From positions 5,086,001 to 5,150,000 of the forward strand of contig NC_086109.1 in assembly GCF_963921235.1 (NCBI RefSeq): a stretch of 64,000 nt of DNA, given 5' to 3'. Each line of letters opens with the position of its first letter. The first letter of the stretch is position 1. This document shows positions 1-12,405 of the stretch, in pieces. The DNA comes from Mobula hypostoma (Eukaryota). The position numbers and the translations under genes are program-made. The notes beneath the pieces were generated by a model. It saw only the letters and a list, made by a program, of their open reading frames with translations, was not told the origin of the DNA and searched no databases.

Positions 1-31
1 CACCAAGAACTTTGCCAGGAGGACGTGGAAG
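1..31 (+). CDS. CAMK1G: CAMK1G exon (partial), TKNFARRTWK
   Basis: Frame starts at base 2; strong donor AAG|GTGAGT at 31/32, phase 0. Confidence 0.85.
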
Positions 32-3000
32 GTGAGTCTTTCAGAACTGGTGTTGGTCCTGCCTCTTCTGTGGGCTGGCTGACGCTGGCAGTGTCCGGGG
101 CTTCGTGTGCCTGGTAAATGAATCCAGAGCAACACGCACAACATGCTGGAGAAGCTCAGCAGGCCAGGTAGCGTCTGTGGAGAGGAATTAACAGTCAGCG
201 TTTCAGGCCAGGAACACTCCTCAGGACTGGGAAGGAAGGGGGAAGAAGCCAGAATAAGAAGGTGGAAGAAAGGAGTTCAAACTGGCAGCTGACAGGTGAG
301 ACCAGGAGGTAGGTGGGTGAGGAAGCAGTGGGGGGGGATGAAGTGAGAAGTTGGGAGGTGATAGATGAAAAAGGCAAAGGGCTGAAGAAGAAGGAATCTG
401 ATCGGAGAGGAGAGTAGATCATGGGAGAAAGGAAAGGAGGAGGGACACCAGAGGGAGGTGAGGGGCAGGTGAGGAGAAGGGAAGGGGGAACAGGGGAACC
501 AGAATGGAGAATGCAGAAAGAGAAAGGGAGGATGAGGAAGAAAATGCTGTAAGTTATATTACCAGAAGAGAATGGGAAGGAAATCAGAATGGGGAAAAAT
601 TAGAAGGTAGTTGGATTAGAGGGTGGTTGAGGAAGTATGCCTGTTTTCCCAGAGTTTTGAGTCAGGAACCTCTGCCAGAAGGTGTGGTAGAGACAGACAT
701 GTTCTGCTTTGATGGGAGGTACTTGAGTGTGGGTCGTCTTCTCCTTGAGCCCTTAGCTCCTGGTGGAACATAGTCCCTCGATGGTACAGTGTGGATGCGG
801 GAAGCCGGAATCTGCCGTGGGATTGGGTGTGGGGGCCATAGAGGTGTGACTGGGAGTGCCCGGGGTCACTCGCCCATCAACAGGTCTTCGGGGGAAGGGC
901 GAGCTGCAACACCCTGTCAGCCCAGGGGAGGAGAGAACTGTGGTCATCCCCAGGGCATGAGCCAGCCCCCGTTCAATGGAGAATCTCACTGAAATCTGCC
1001 ACTCACTGACAAGCCTGGATAGAATAGACATGGAGAGGATGTTTCCATGAGTGGGGGTCGTATGGAACAGAGATGAGGAGGAATTTCTTCAGCCAGAGGG
1101 TGGTGAATCTGTGGAATTCATTGTCACAGACGGCTGTGGAGGCCAAGTCATTGGATATATTCAGAGCAGAGTTTGATAGGTTCCCAATGGCAAGTTGATT
1201 AAGGGTTACAGGGAGAAGGCAGGAGAATGGGGTTAAAAAAATTAAATATTAAAGATGAGCTTTATCTGTCATATGTACGTCAAAACATACGGTGAAATGT
1301 GTTGAAATGTGTTATCCTCTGTCTGAGGGCAGCCTGCAAGTGTCGTCACACTTCCAGTGCCAACATAGCGTGCTCACAGCTTAGTACCCTAACCCGTACG
1401 ACTTCGGCACGTGGGAGGAAACTGGAGCATCCGGAGGAAATCTGCATTGTCACAGGGAAAGCAGAAAAACTCTTTGGACACAGTAATGGGAATGGATCCC
1501 TGATTGGTGATAGGAGCTGCTATAGTGAGTGACGTTGACTGCTACACTCCAGTGTCGCCATTATTCACTCAGCCATGACTGAACGGTGGGGCAGGCTCGA
1601 TGCTGCTAATTCTGCTCGTTTATCTGAGGGTCTAACGAACATTCCCACCCCCTTGCCACAGATATTCTACCAATATACCCTGGACTGGACACATCCTTGA
1701 CTCCATCCTTTCTGTGACCCTCAGTCCCACTGTGTGACCCAGAGGGTGACTGACCTTGTCCCATCCCTCTCCCGGCTCCAAACTTGCACCTTTCTCAGAG
1801 ACTGGAGTTGGAAAAGAAATTGGAATTGGTTTATTATTGTCATATGTACTGAGGTAGAGTGTATAACTTGTATCTACTGTTCATGCAAATTAAATCAGTA
1901 CATCATCTCTCTGTGTCCCTCTCGCTCCCACTCTCTCTGTCGCTCTCCCACTCTCTGTGTCTCTCTCCTCCTCTGCAACCCTCTCTCCACATCTCCATCT
2001 ATGTCTCTATCTCTCTATCTTTATCTCTCCCTCTCTCTTTCTGTTTTGCCTCTCCCTGTCTCTCTGTCTATCGCTGTCTGTCTATCACTATCTGTCTGTT
2101 TCTCTCTCTCCCTCCCTCCCCTTCCCTGTCTTTCTCTCCTTCTGCTCCCTTTCCTTCTCTCTCTTTCCCCTCCCCATCTCTCTCTTTTCCCTCCCCATTT
2201 CTCTCTCTCCCTCTCTCTCCACCACTCTTTCTTTCTCTTTCTCCCTCCCTGTCCCTCCCCATCTCTCTCTTTCCTCTCTGGTTTCTCACTCTCTCTTTCC
2301 CCCCATCTGTCTCTCTCCCTCTTTCCCCACCACTCTTTCTTTCTCTTTCTCTCTCCCTCCCTCCCTCTCTCTCATACAGCGGGTAATCAATGCTACCCTA
2401 ATAGTTCAGCACATTCAGAAACTGCATTCAGCTTCAGATCAGAGGGTGGCCAATTCCAACTGCAATCAAGGAGACTCCAAGCTGGCTTCTGCAGACACCT
2501 TCAAGGAGTTGCAACAGACAAGAGTCAGACAACATTCTGCTCCGAGCCTTCTGACCAACAGCCAGGAGGACAGCGGGAACTTGACTGCAGACCTTGTTCC
2601 AAAAGCGCCTCTTCATCGGGGAGTGAGTGGGGAGGCATGGATCGCAGGTCGGGAGCCGGACGTCTCACCCGAGAAGGACACACTCATCAGCTGTGTAGCA
2701 CGTGAGGACCTGCTGACGGGAGCACTGGAGGACGGAGACCGCGCAACCGGATCTCCTGGGCCAACTGAAGCCGGTACTCGAGACATGTACGTAGCTGGCG
2801 CATCAAGGAATTTGGAGGGGCTCCTTTGAGGTCAATTTCTCTCATTATTGTAGAAGTGTGTGAAATCACCTGGTCCTGGCCTGAGACACAAGCTCCAACT
2901 TGTGTGCTGGCAGTTTGGTGGGTTTGTTTCTCCCGAGGAGGTTTCTGCACCCTGGTGTCACCTTCTCCCACACCCCAGAGAGGTAGCTATGTAGTATCGC

Positions 3001-4985
3001 TTCTCATTGAAAGAGAACAGACAAAACTCACAAGGGTGTTTCCAGGACTTGACCCGTTATAGGGAAATGTTGAACAAATTAGGACTTCGTTCCCTGGAGC
3101 GCAGAAGAATGACAGGAGATTTGATCGATGTATACCAAATTATGAGGGCTACAGATAGGGTAAATGCAAGCAGGCTTTTTCCACTGAGGTTGGGTGGGAC
3201 TACAACTAGAGGTCATGGGTTAAGGGTGAAAGGTGAAAAGTTTAAGGGGAAATGAGGGAAAATTTCACTCAGAGGGTGGTGAGAGTGTGGAACGAGCTGC
3301 CAGCACAAGCCGTGGATGTGATTTAAGAGAAGAATATTTAAGAGAAGTTTGGATAGGTGCATGGATGGGAGGGGTGTGGAGGGTGCAGGTCAGTGGGACC
3401 AGGCTGTTTTTATAATTCATCACGGACTAGATGGGCCAAAGGGCCTGTTTCTGTGCTGTACTTCGCTATGACTCTATAACTTTATTTTCTGGCATGGGAT
3501 TTGAGGAAATAAAGCGAAGCATGGACTGTTCATTAATTATTCAAATGTTTTCAGAATATTAGTTATATTTGAGCAAGGTGGGATATTAAATTAAATTTGG
3601 TTGGATTGTGAGTCCAGAGGTGTACGAAAGTGGCAAGGGGATTGGGTCATCTTGGTCAGTATGGTCCAGTTGGGCCGAAGGGCCTGTTTCTGTGCAATGT
3701 GACTCTGTGAGTGAATGAGCAATGAAGAAGATAGAACATAGAAGATAATGTGGAAAAAGGTTGATGCTTTCCACTTTGTACAAGAAATAGGAAAGCAGAA
3801 TTTATTTTTAATGGTGTAAGATTGGGTTTGATTGATCATTGTAAATTGTAAACCAGGTGCTCTGGTTTCCTCCTACATTCCAAAGATGTACCAGATAGTA
3901 GGTTAATTGGTCATGGTAAATTAGAGTCATAGAAAAGTACAGAACAGAAACAGGCCCTTTATCTCATCTAGTCCATGCCAAACCACTTAAGCTGCACCAG
4001 AACCATAGCCCTCCATATCCCTACCATCCATGTACCTGTCAAAAATTCTCCTAAATGTTGAATCGAGCTCATATGCACCACTTGCGCTGGCAGCTTGTTC
4101 CACACTCTCATGACCCTCTGAGTGAAGAAGTTTCCCCTCATGTTCCCCTTAAACTTCTCACCTTTCACCCTTAACCCGTGACCTCTTAGCTGCAGTCCCG
4201 CCCAACCTCAGTGGAAAAAGCCTGCTTGCATTTACCCCTACCAATACCCCTCATAGTGTTGTATACCTTGTAAAGTAGTTCTCAGTTTTTTTTGTGATAA
4301 ATCCTGATCAGTTTCAATCACCAACACCAACCCCAACCCACCACTGTCTGTGGGGGGACATACAGGTCGTCATGAAAATCTCATTTGAGCTTCCCCCCCC
4401 TCACCTTAAAGCTATTCCCTCTGGTATTTGACATTTCTACCCTGGGGAAGAGACTTTTTACTAATTTATATAATTATGAGAGGTACAGAGTAGAGAGTCA
4501 AAGACTTTTTCCCAAGTTGGGAATCAGAGCCTCTACCTCTGACGCTCCAGAGAAAAACACCCCAAGTTTATCCGCCGGTTCCTTATAACTAACATAAATT
4601 AGTGTATTGAAATGTTCAAAGTTCAAAGTAAATTTATTACCGAAGTATGTGTGTGTGTGTGTGTTTGTTTATATATATATATCACCATATGCAACCCTGA
4701 GATTGATGATTTTCTTGTGGGTATGCTCAATAAATCCATAATAGAATAATAACCTTAATAATAATGATAATAATTAATAACAGAATCAATGAAAGACTGC
4801 ACCACCTTGGAGTTCAGCCAGTATGCAAAAGGCACAAACTATGGAGTATTTGAACTGTTTTCGAGAATCATTTACAGCTTCACCTTTCAAACAGGTCAGC
4901 TCCCTGCCAAGGTATGAAGCTGAAGGGATGGAACAGCATCGAACGTGTTGAGGTCAGGCAGACGGGAGTGTGCTTACTGATGTGA
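1..4985 (+). CDS. CAMK1G: CAMK1G (CaM kinase I gamma), 3' part of gene: last three coding exons; the 5' part lies outside the window
   Basis: Spliced translation TKNFARRTWK|RVINATLIVQHIQKLH... matches the CaMKI autoinhibitory/CaM-binding helix (KNFAKSKW-QAFNA-VV-HMRKL). It ends QTGVCLLM*, like the CAMK1G CaaX tail. It is convergent with LAMB3, as in mammals. Confidence 0.9.
121..560 (-). mobile_element. Penelope-like element 3' remnant (purine-rich on +)
   Basis: Same terminal module and GA-rich body as the 6430, 32505 and 44770 copies. Confidence 0.6.
1905..2372 (+). repeat. About 470-nt CT-rich low-complexity tract
   Basis: Near-pure pyrimidine run ending at the CAMK1G acceptor. Confidence 0.9.
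2380..2786 (+). CDS. CAMK1G: CAMK1G penultimate coding exon (RVINATLIVQHIQKLH...GTRD-M)
   Basis: Long pyrimidine tract plus TACAG acceptor at 2375-2379 and an open frame. Donor AT|GTACGT at 2786 is phase 2 and matches the last exon; other candidate donors (2622, 2701) are in the wrong phase. Confidence 0.8.
3030..3478 (+). mobile_element. CR1 LINE 3' fragment
   Basis: LGL.SLERRRMTGDLIDVYQIM...[10 protein letters not shown]; 3' tail TCTATGACTCTAT-like. Confidence 0.8.
3922..4268 (-). mobile_element. CR1 LINE 3' fragment
   Basis: [26 protein letters not shown]. Confidence 0.8.
4895..4985 (+). CDS. CAMK1G: CAMK1G last coding exon (SAPCQGMKLKGWNSIERVEVRQTGVCLLM*)
   Basis: Acceptor CTTTCAAACAG|G; ends CAG ACG GGA GTG TGC TTA CTG ATG TGA, a CaaX prenylation motif. 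Confidence 0.88.
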
Positions 4986-6427
4986 CTCTCGGACACGGTG
5001 GCTTCACGGACCAGTGAGTGATCGAAGGTGAGACGCGGTGCGTGAGGGAGGGCAAACACAACTGTCTCATTCCTGAAGCCAGCGGAATGAGTGGGTAAGG
5101 ATGGTTCAACTGACCTCCCTGTAGTCCGGTTCAGCTTGGACGCCAGGACTGACCAACGTTCCTCAGTGAAGTTTTGGCTCTCTTCAACTTCCCTGAGGTT
5201 GGTGTTGGAGGACTCTGGCCCACCTGTAGTCAGATATTATATTCTATATTTTACTCTATATATGATACTTTCCCTGTTGAATCCAATGATGATAGTTTGA
5301 AACCTGTGTGAGGAGGTTTCTGAAGTGGGAAAGACTTAGTCAGAGAAAAGTACAGCACAGAAACAGGCCCTTCAGCCCATCTAGTCCATGCCAAGCTATT
5401 TAAACAGCCTACTCCCATTGACCTGCACTGTGACCATAGCCTCCGTACCCCTCCCATCCATGTACCTATCCAAACATCTCTTACAAGTTGAAACATTGAC
5501 TTGCTTGATGTGAAATCTCTTTTGCGGCAGCAGTATGGTGCAAAGGCATAAAAAATTACTATAAATGGCAAAAATAAATAATTAGTTCATTTAAAAAGGA
5601 ATAAGGAGGTTGTGTTCATGGGTTCACGGACATTTCAGAAAATTAATGGCAGAGAGGAAGAAGCTGTTTCTAAATTATCGAGTGTGTGTCTTCAGACTCC
5701 TGTACCTCTTTCCCAATGGTAGGAATGAGAAGAGGTCATGTCCTGGTTGGTGAGGGTCCTTAGTGATGGGAACTGCCTCTTGAAGATGTCCTCAGTGATA
5801 GACCCCTTGACTATATTGATGTCAACAGTAGGGAGTCTGTTTTTAATTCCTGGTTCAAACAGGTTTATGTGAAGGAAATTGTGTGGAACAATCTATTTAC
5901 TGTACCACACTGAGCCAGTTTCTCAATGTATGCTGAGATTGCAGTCCACCATTCTGTCTTTCAATAGTTGAGTTTCACCTCATTAAGGGGAAGAGTTATT
6001 TTAACACTGGTGATATGATCTGTTTACTGTTCCTTGCTGTGGTTATTCCCAAAAACAGTGCTGAGATTCGATGGCCTGGGTTTTGTAACTGAAATGTCGG
6101 TGAAACCATCATCGTCATTACGTTGTGAAACCAGCAGGAACTTCATAGTTTCTGCACTCGTGTCTTTGATCGTGAAAGCTGCTCTCTGTGATCCGGTACC
6201 CCTGCACAATTGGAGAAATGAAAGATGACTGACGCTGTAATCTGGAGCATCAAATCCTGATGCAGGGTCTCATCCTGAACCGTTGAGCTTCTTCCCCCAC
6301 AGATGCTGCTCGACCTGCTGAGTTTCTCCAGAGTTCCTGCACACTTCTGCAGTCTCCATTCAGTTAGATGATGAAATCGTCACATGGCTACAAACTGCAA
6401 ACTACATACACTCAGAGTATCTCTCAC

Positions 6428-6950
6428 AAACACAAGAAAATCTGCAGATGCTGGAATTCCATAGCAACACACACACAAAATGCTGGGGGAACTCAGCAGG
6501 CCAGCTAGCATATGTGGAAAAGAGTAAACAGTTGTCATTTCAGGCCAAGACCCTTTGTCAGGACTGGACAAGAAGGGGAGAAGTCAGAATAAGAAGTTCT
6601 GGGGAGGGGAGGAAAGATAGAAGGTGGTAGGTGAAACTGGAGAAGGGTAAAGAGTTGGGATTTGATCGGTCAAAGAAACAAAGGGCTGGAGGAGGGGGAA
6701 TCTGACAGGAGAGGACAGAAGACTATGGAAGAAAGGGAACACCAGAGAGAAGTGATGAGCAGGTAAGGAGATAAGATGAGAGAGGGAAACAGGAATGGGG
6801 AATAATGAAGGAGAGGGAGCAGTTACTGGAAGTTCGAGAAATCGATATTCATGCCATCAGGTTGGAGGCTACCCAGACGGAATATAAGGTGTTGCTCCTC
6901 CAACCTGACTGTGGTCTCATCCTTGCAATAGAGGAGGCCGTGGACTGACA
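6428..6950 (-). mobile_element. Penelope-like element 3' remnant
   Basis: Terminal module plus the GIY-YIG C-terminal segment ([25 protein letters not shown] on -). Confidence 0.7.
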
Positions 6951-7419
6951 GAATATCTGTCAGTTGATTACATGAGATGCTTGTGAGTCTTCAGCATATT
7001 AAACCATAATCCCTGCTTAATACTACCTGTACGTAAAAGAGATCATGTTGTATTTGTGAGGTACAATTCCCTGTGTAAACATTTCAACCTCTGATGGATA
7101 ATATTTATTTCTAGATATTTCAACTTTCACCCCAACTTTGACCTTTATTCAGAAGGCATATATTTGTATTTTTCTTTATTGTTGTTTCCTGAAGGAGCCC
7201 ATTAACATAATAATTGGCTTAATTAATGAGACGACAACATGATGCCAGAAAGGGGAAGGGTGAACAACAAGGAGAACAGAGACATGGGGACGACATCATA
7301 AAACTTCGAAGCAGAACTGAAGCATTTACTGGCTGATTCATTTTTCCCTTTCTCCTGCCTTCTCCCTGTAATCGTTGTCACCCTTACTAATCAAGAACCT
7401 ATCAATCTCCATTTGAAAT

Positions 7420-7700
7420 ATTTATTTATTTAATGAGATACAGCAAAATTTATTGAGGCCCTTAAGGCTACACTGCCCAGCAATCCCCCGATTTAACCCT
7501 TAGCCAAATCACGGTACAATTTACAATGACCAATTAACCTACCAACTGGCCTGTCTGGACAGGGGAGGAAACCAGGGCACCCGGAGGAAACCCACACGGT
7601 CACGGGGAGAACGTACAAACCCCTTATAGGCAGTGATGGGAATTGAACCAGGGTCGCCTGTACTGTAAAACGTTGTGCTACTGACTGTTACTGTGCCTCC
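7420..7700 (-). mobile_element. V-SINE/HE1-like SINE (one of roughly 15 copies in the window)
   Basis: Central domain TTTGTACGTTCTCCCCGTGACCGTGTGGGTTTCCTCCGGGTG; (TAAA)n tail. Confidence 0.8.
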
Positions 7701-7901
7701 CAGTGACGTGGCTTCCACAACAATCTGTGGCAGTGGATTCCGCAGGTTTACCACCTTCTAGGTAAAGAAGTTGCACTTCAGCTCGGCACTAAAGGGTCGT
7801 CCGTGTATTCTAAGGCTGTGTGCTCTGGTGCTAAATTTCACCATTATTAGAAACATCCTCTTCACATCCACTTTATTTAGTACATTCATAACAGCAGGAG
7901 G

Positions 7902-7985
7902 AACAGAGACACAGGGGATAACATAACACCAGGGGTAACAGAGACACAGGGGATAACATAACACCAGGGGTAACAGAGACACAGA
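7902..7985. repeat. 35-bp tandem repeat, about 2.4 copies
   Basis: AACAGAGACACAGGGGATAACATAACACCAGGGGT repeated. Confidence 0.9.
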
Positions 7986-8121
7986 GGGGAACACATTGGT
8001 TTATTATTTGGAATCTGGTTTTCTCTGTCCAGATCTGTATTTATCATCCGTTCTTACCTACGTGCCCTCCAGAAGGGGGTGACTTTCCTGGACAATGCTC
8101 TTGTTAGTCAGTAACCAAGGG

Positions 8122-8219
8122 ACACACATCAAAGTTGCTGATGAACGCAGCAGGCCAGGCAGCATCTCTAGGAAGAGGTACAGTCGACGTTTCAGGCCGA
8201 GACCCTTCGTCAGGACTTC
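8122..8219 (-). mobile_element. 98-bp Penelope-derived module with a minimal hammerhead motif, flanked by a 15-bp TSD
   Basis: GTCAGTAACCAAGGG (8107-8121) / GTCAGTAACTAAGGG (8220-8234). Minus strand reads AGTC-CTGACGA-AGGGTCTCGGCCT-GAAA-CGTC-GACT. Confidence 0.75.
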
Positions 8220-8334
8220 GTCAGTAACTAAGGGGTTGCTTTGGCACTCTCTGCCAGTTCGGACACAATGCTACATTACAAGGTGGCTCTGAATTCAGCT
8301 GATCTTATTTAAAGGCATAGCCTTTCTGTTGGGT

Positions 8335-8897
8335 AAGGTGATAAATTGAGCACTTTGTCAAGAGTGTCCTGTCTGGCTGCATCATTGTGTGGTACGGAAA
8401 CTTTAAGGCATCGTGCAAGACCCTACAGAGGATAGTAAAATCTGCAGAGAGGATTACCGGGGTCTCCCTCCTCCCTATTTGTAACATTTACCAGGTGTTG
8501 TGTATGAAGGGCACGAAGATATGGATCCATACCCCATTGTAGATGATTCCTACCACCCACCCCACAATCTCTTTGACCCACTACCACCAGGAAGGAGGTA
8601 CAGGAGCATCAGGACTAGAACTGCCAGACTGGGAACAGCTTCTTCCCTCAGACTGTGAGACTAATGAATACCTTGACACCACCGAGATCTCGCCACTTGG
8701 ACAGTGAGCTGTTTACTGTTCACCTGTGCTGTGCACCACATGCATTTTGAATGATACTTGATTATTTCTGGTAATACTTTGTTTTATGTGCTGTGTGTGA
8801 TGTACATTTAGTGGTGCACTGTGGTCTACAGGATCATTGGCTTATTTGGTTGTATATACTGTATATACAATGAGTTTACAACGAACCTGAACTTGAA
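8335..8897 (+). mobile_element. Rex1/Babar-type LINE 3' fragment
   Basis: ESVLSGCIIVWYGN-like and LP.GRRYRSIRTRT.RL.NSFFP-like segments; (CTGAA) tail. Confidence 0.7.
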
Positions 8898-8944
8898 GGG
8901 CCCCGGCTCCGTGAACTGGAAACATTTCTCCTTAATGCTAAGTC

Positions 8945-9752
8945 ATCCACTTGCAACCTCTCACTCAATGTCAACGAGACGGAGGAACTGATTATAGATT
9001 TCAGGAGGGGGAAACCAGAGGTCCAGTAATCATCGGAGGGTCAGGGGTGGAGAGGGTCAGTATCTTTAAATTCCTGGAGGTCAGTATCCCAGAAGACCTG
9101 TCCTGGACCCATTATGTAAATATAATTGCAAAGAAAGCACAACAGTGCTCCTACTTCCTCAGAAGTCTGCGGAGATTCGACATGTCATCAGAAACCTTGG
9201 CAAACCTCTATAGATGTGTGGTGGAAAGTGTGCTGGCCAGCTGCATTACGGCCCAGTATGGAAACACCAATGTCTTTGATGGAAAGTCCTGCAAAAGGTA
9301 GTGAATTCGGCCTAGTACATCACAGGTAAAGCCCTTCCAACCATTGAGCACATCTACATGAAACATTGCTGTAGAAAAGCAGCATCCGTCATCAAAGATC
9401 CTCACCACCCAGGCCATGCTCTCTTCTCACTGCTGCCATCATGTAGAAGGTACAGGTGTCTAGGGACTCGCACCTCCAGGTTCAGGAATAGTTACTACGT
9501 CTAAACCATGAGGTTCTTGAACAAAAGGGGATAATTACATGCAGTTAAGGACTCAGTTATATTGTTTTATCATGCTTGTTATTTATTGCTACTTATTTAT
9601 ATCTCCATTTGCACAGTTTGTCTGCAGTTAATAGTTCCTGATGTTTACAGTTACTGTTCTATAGATTTGTTAAGTATTCTCGCAGAGAAAGAATCTCAGG
9701 GTTGTATGTGGTGACATGTATGTACTCTGATAATAAACTTTACTTTGAACTT
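8945..9752 (+). mobile_element. Rex1/Babar-type LINE 3' fragment
   Basis: VERVSIFKFL..I.EDLSWT...AKKAQQ..YFLRSLRRF...LYRCVVESVL..CIT..YGN; tail AATAAACTTTACTTTGAACTTT. Confidence 0.8.
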
Positions 9753-10817
9753 TTGTGTGAGCACACTGATGTTTTATTCATTAAGCAAAGATTATTCCCT
9801 ATTTCAGGCTGAATGGACAGATGCTCGGTAACATCTGGTTGACATGGAGAACTGACCAGAACTGAGGGACGAGAAATTTAACCACGCCATGGGGTCTTCA
9901 TTGTTACTGATCCTCCTGGTCTGAGTGAGAAACCTGCACCGTGGAAGTAAGGATTGGATTGGAGAGGATAGACAGCAGACAAGACTGGACCCAATGCAAA
10001 TACTTAAGTCCATTTGAACTTATTGTTGACCATAGGCAGTATGGTTTTAGATTTTCAAATTATGCATTAAATGGCAGAAGTGAATAATTATGCTCAAATA
10101 ACATGTTTGGCTTTTGTAGGTTGTTTTTAATTAATGACATAGTCAGTTTATGTGGAATTCTGTATAAGCTAGTGGATGTCGAGCAATTTGTATAGCCTCC
10201 CACAGCTGTTGAGAGGTTTGGTTTAATTAGGGACTCGGACTTGCTGGACTTTGCAGAGGTAATATTATGGGTAGAATAGGTCCATCTCCTCAAGTCTTTA
10301 GGTGATTACTGGGAGTCTGACCTTCAACTCTCCTCTAAACTTTGTCCTTGAGCTCGTGATCACAGCTCGAGAGAACGTCAGGGCTGCCCACTTTACTTAG
10401 AAAGGGCAGCAAAGCTGTTTCAGGGATCGTGTTCCTCCCACACAAAAGAATTACCGTACTGTCATAACTATGAAGTGGAAGTGCAAAGCAGGACTGACAG
10501 GTGCGTCTCAGCTATCTAGTATAATCGCAGGAGATAATGTTTTTGTAGGCTTTGCGGACTAACTTTGTGAATCCCTACATTTGGCTCTGGTAAGGGTCTG
10601 TTAAATGACACAATCCTTGTGTATTCTGTGAGTTCTATGTTCCTGTGTTGCTTTGTAAGGTAGCTAGGAGGGCAACATGAGGATTGGACCAACAGTGGAT
10701 CTGAGGAAGAGAATCAGCCTTTAGTCAAGTGCTCCTGCTTCCTCTCTCTCTGCTTCCACAGAACATAGAGCCAAGATGCTGCCTGTCCCACTGAGTGTTT
10801 CCAGCAGCTGTTTTATT

Positions 10818-10990
10818 TCAGGTTTTCAGAATCTGCGGTTTATTTATTTGTCTTTTGTTTTCATCTTCGGTTTTTGGAATCTGCGGATTTTTACCTGTAC
10901 ACTCTGTTTATATTTCAGGTTTCCAGAATCTGCAGATTTTTTTTCCTTTGTATTTTCTGTTTTTGTTTCAGGTTTCCAGAAGCTGCAGCT
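10818..10990. repeat. About 49-bp period tandem array (4 units)
   Basis: TCAGGTTTCCAGAATCTGCAG core plus T-rich linker. Confidence 0.8.
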
Positions 10991-12405
10991 TTTTGCTCCA
11001 CACCAGCAGGCTCCATTTGTAAAACTCAAAGGATTTTGTTCTATCTTGTTGGCTTTCAAAGCTGTGCATTAATTTGGATGGTGAATAGCTGTGTAGGGGC
11101 TCCTAACATCATGGTCCTAGAAAAGTTCAGCACAGAAACAGGCCCTTTGGCCCATCTAGTCCATGCTGAACCATTTAAGCTGCCTACTCCTGTCAGCTGG
11201 CACCCCTCCATAGCCCTCCCATCCAGGTACCTATCCAAACATTTCTTAAACATTGAAATTGAGCTTGCATGCATTCAAGATCCTCTGAGTGAAGAAATTT
11301 CCGCTCATGTTTAGCTTAAACTTTTCACCTTTCATCCTTAACCCATGACCTCAAGTTGCAGTCCCACCCAACCTCAGTGGAAAAAGCCTGCTTGCGTTTA
11401 CCCTATCTATACCCCTCATAATTTTGTATACTTCTATCAAATCTCCCCTCAATCTTCTACATCCGAAGGAATGAAGTTCTAACCTATTCAATCTTTACTT
11501 GTAACCCAGGTCCTCCGGTCCCAGCAACAAGGTTGTAAATTTTCTCTGTACTCTTTCAGTCTTACGTCTTTCCCGTATGTAGATGACCAAAACTGTTCTG
11601 TGAGTTTAAGAGCTAGTTCATGTGTCTGCATTGCTTCGTAAGGTAGTCAGGTAGGCAATATGGGGATTGGACCAATGGTGGATCTGAGGAAGAGAATCAA
11701 CTGTGTGGCCAACAGCTCCTGCTTCCTTTCTCAGCTTCCATAGTACATAGAACGTTTAAGCACAATACAGGTCCTTCGGTGCACCATGTCCTGCCAATCT
11801 TTAAACCTACTCTAAGATCAATCTAATCCTTCCCTCCCATACAGCACTCCATGTTTCTATCATCCATGTGCCAATCTAAAAGTAATGCCTCTAATGTTTC
11901 TGCCTCTACCACCACCCAGGCAGTGCATTCCAGACACCCAACTCTCTCTGTGCGAAAAGCCCATCTCTGACACCGCCACCACCCCCCCCCCACCAAACGT
12001 TCTAATATTATGCCCTCTGGCATTCGCCATTTCCCCTGGGGAAAGGTCTCTGGCTGTCCACTCGATCTATGCTTCTTATCATCTTATACACCTCTATCAA
12101 GTCACCGTTCATTCGTTTTCACTCCAAAGAGAAAAGCCCAAGCCCGAGCCCTAGCTTCCAGTTAATGAATTGAAATTTAGAGAGGAACTCGGGATAGACC
12201 ACCGTTCTGACAATGGCCATTGACCTGAAATGTTGACTCTGTTTCACTGTAGGTTCTGTCCAAAATGCTCAGTGTTTCCAACTTTGCATTTTATTATGGA
12301 AAGGAAAACTGAGTTGATGACTCACCGTGTCTCTGGCCCTGAAGTGTTAATTGTTTCTATTTACAAGATGCTGTCTGTCTGTGTGTTTCCAGCACCATTT
12401 TTATT

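Noticed and set aside
1734..2705. Long ORFs (323, 175 and 290 aa) over the CT tract
   Set aside because: Stop-free low-complexity artefacts; only the 2380-onward part of the 1957..2829 frame is a real CAMK1G exon.
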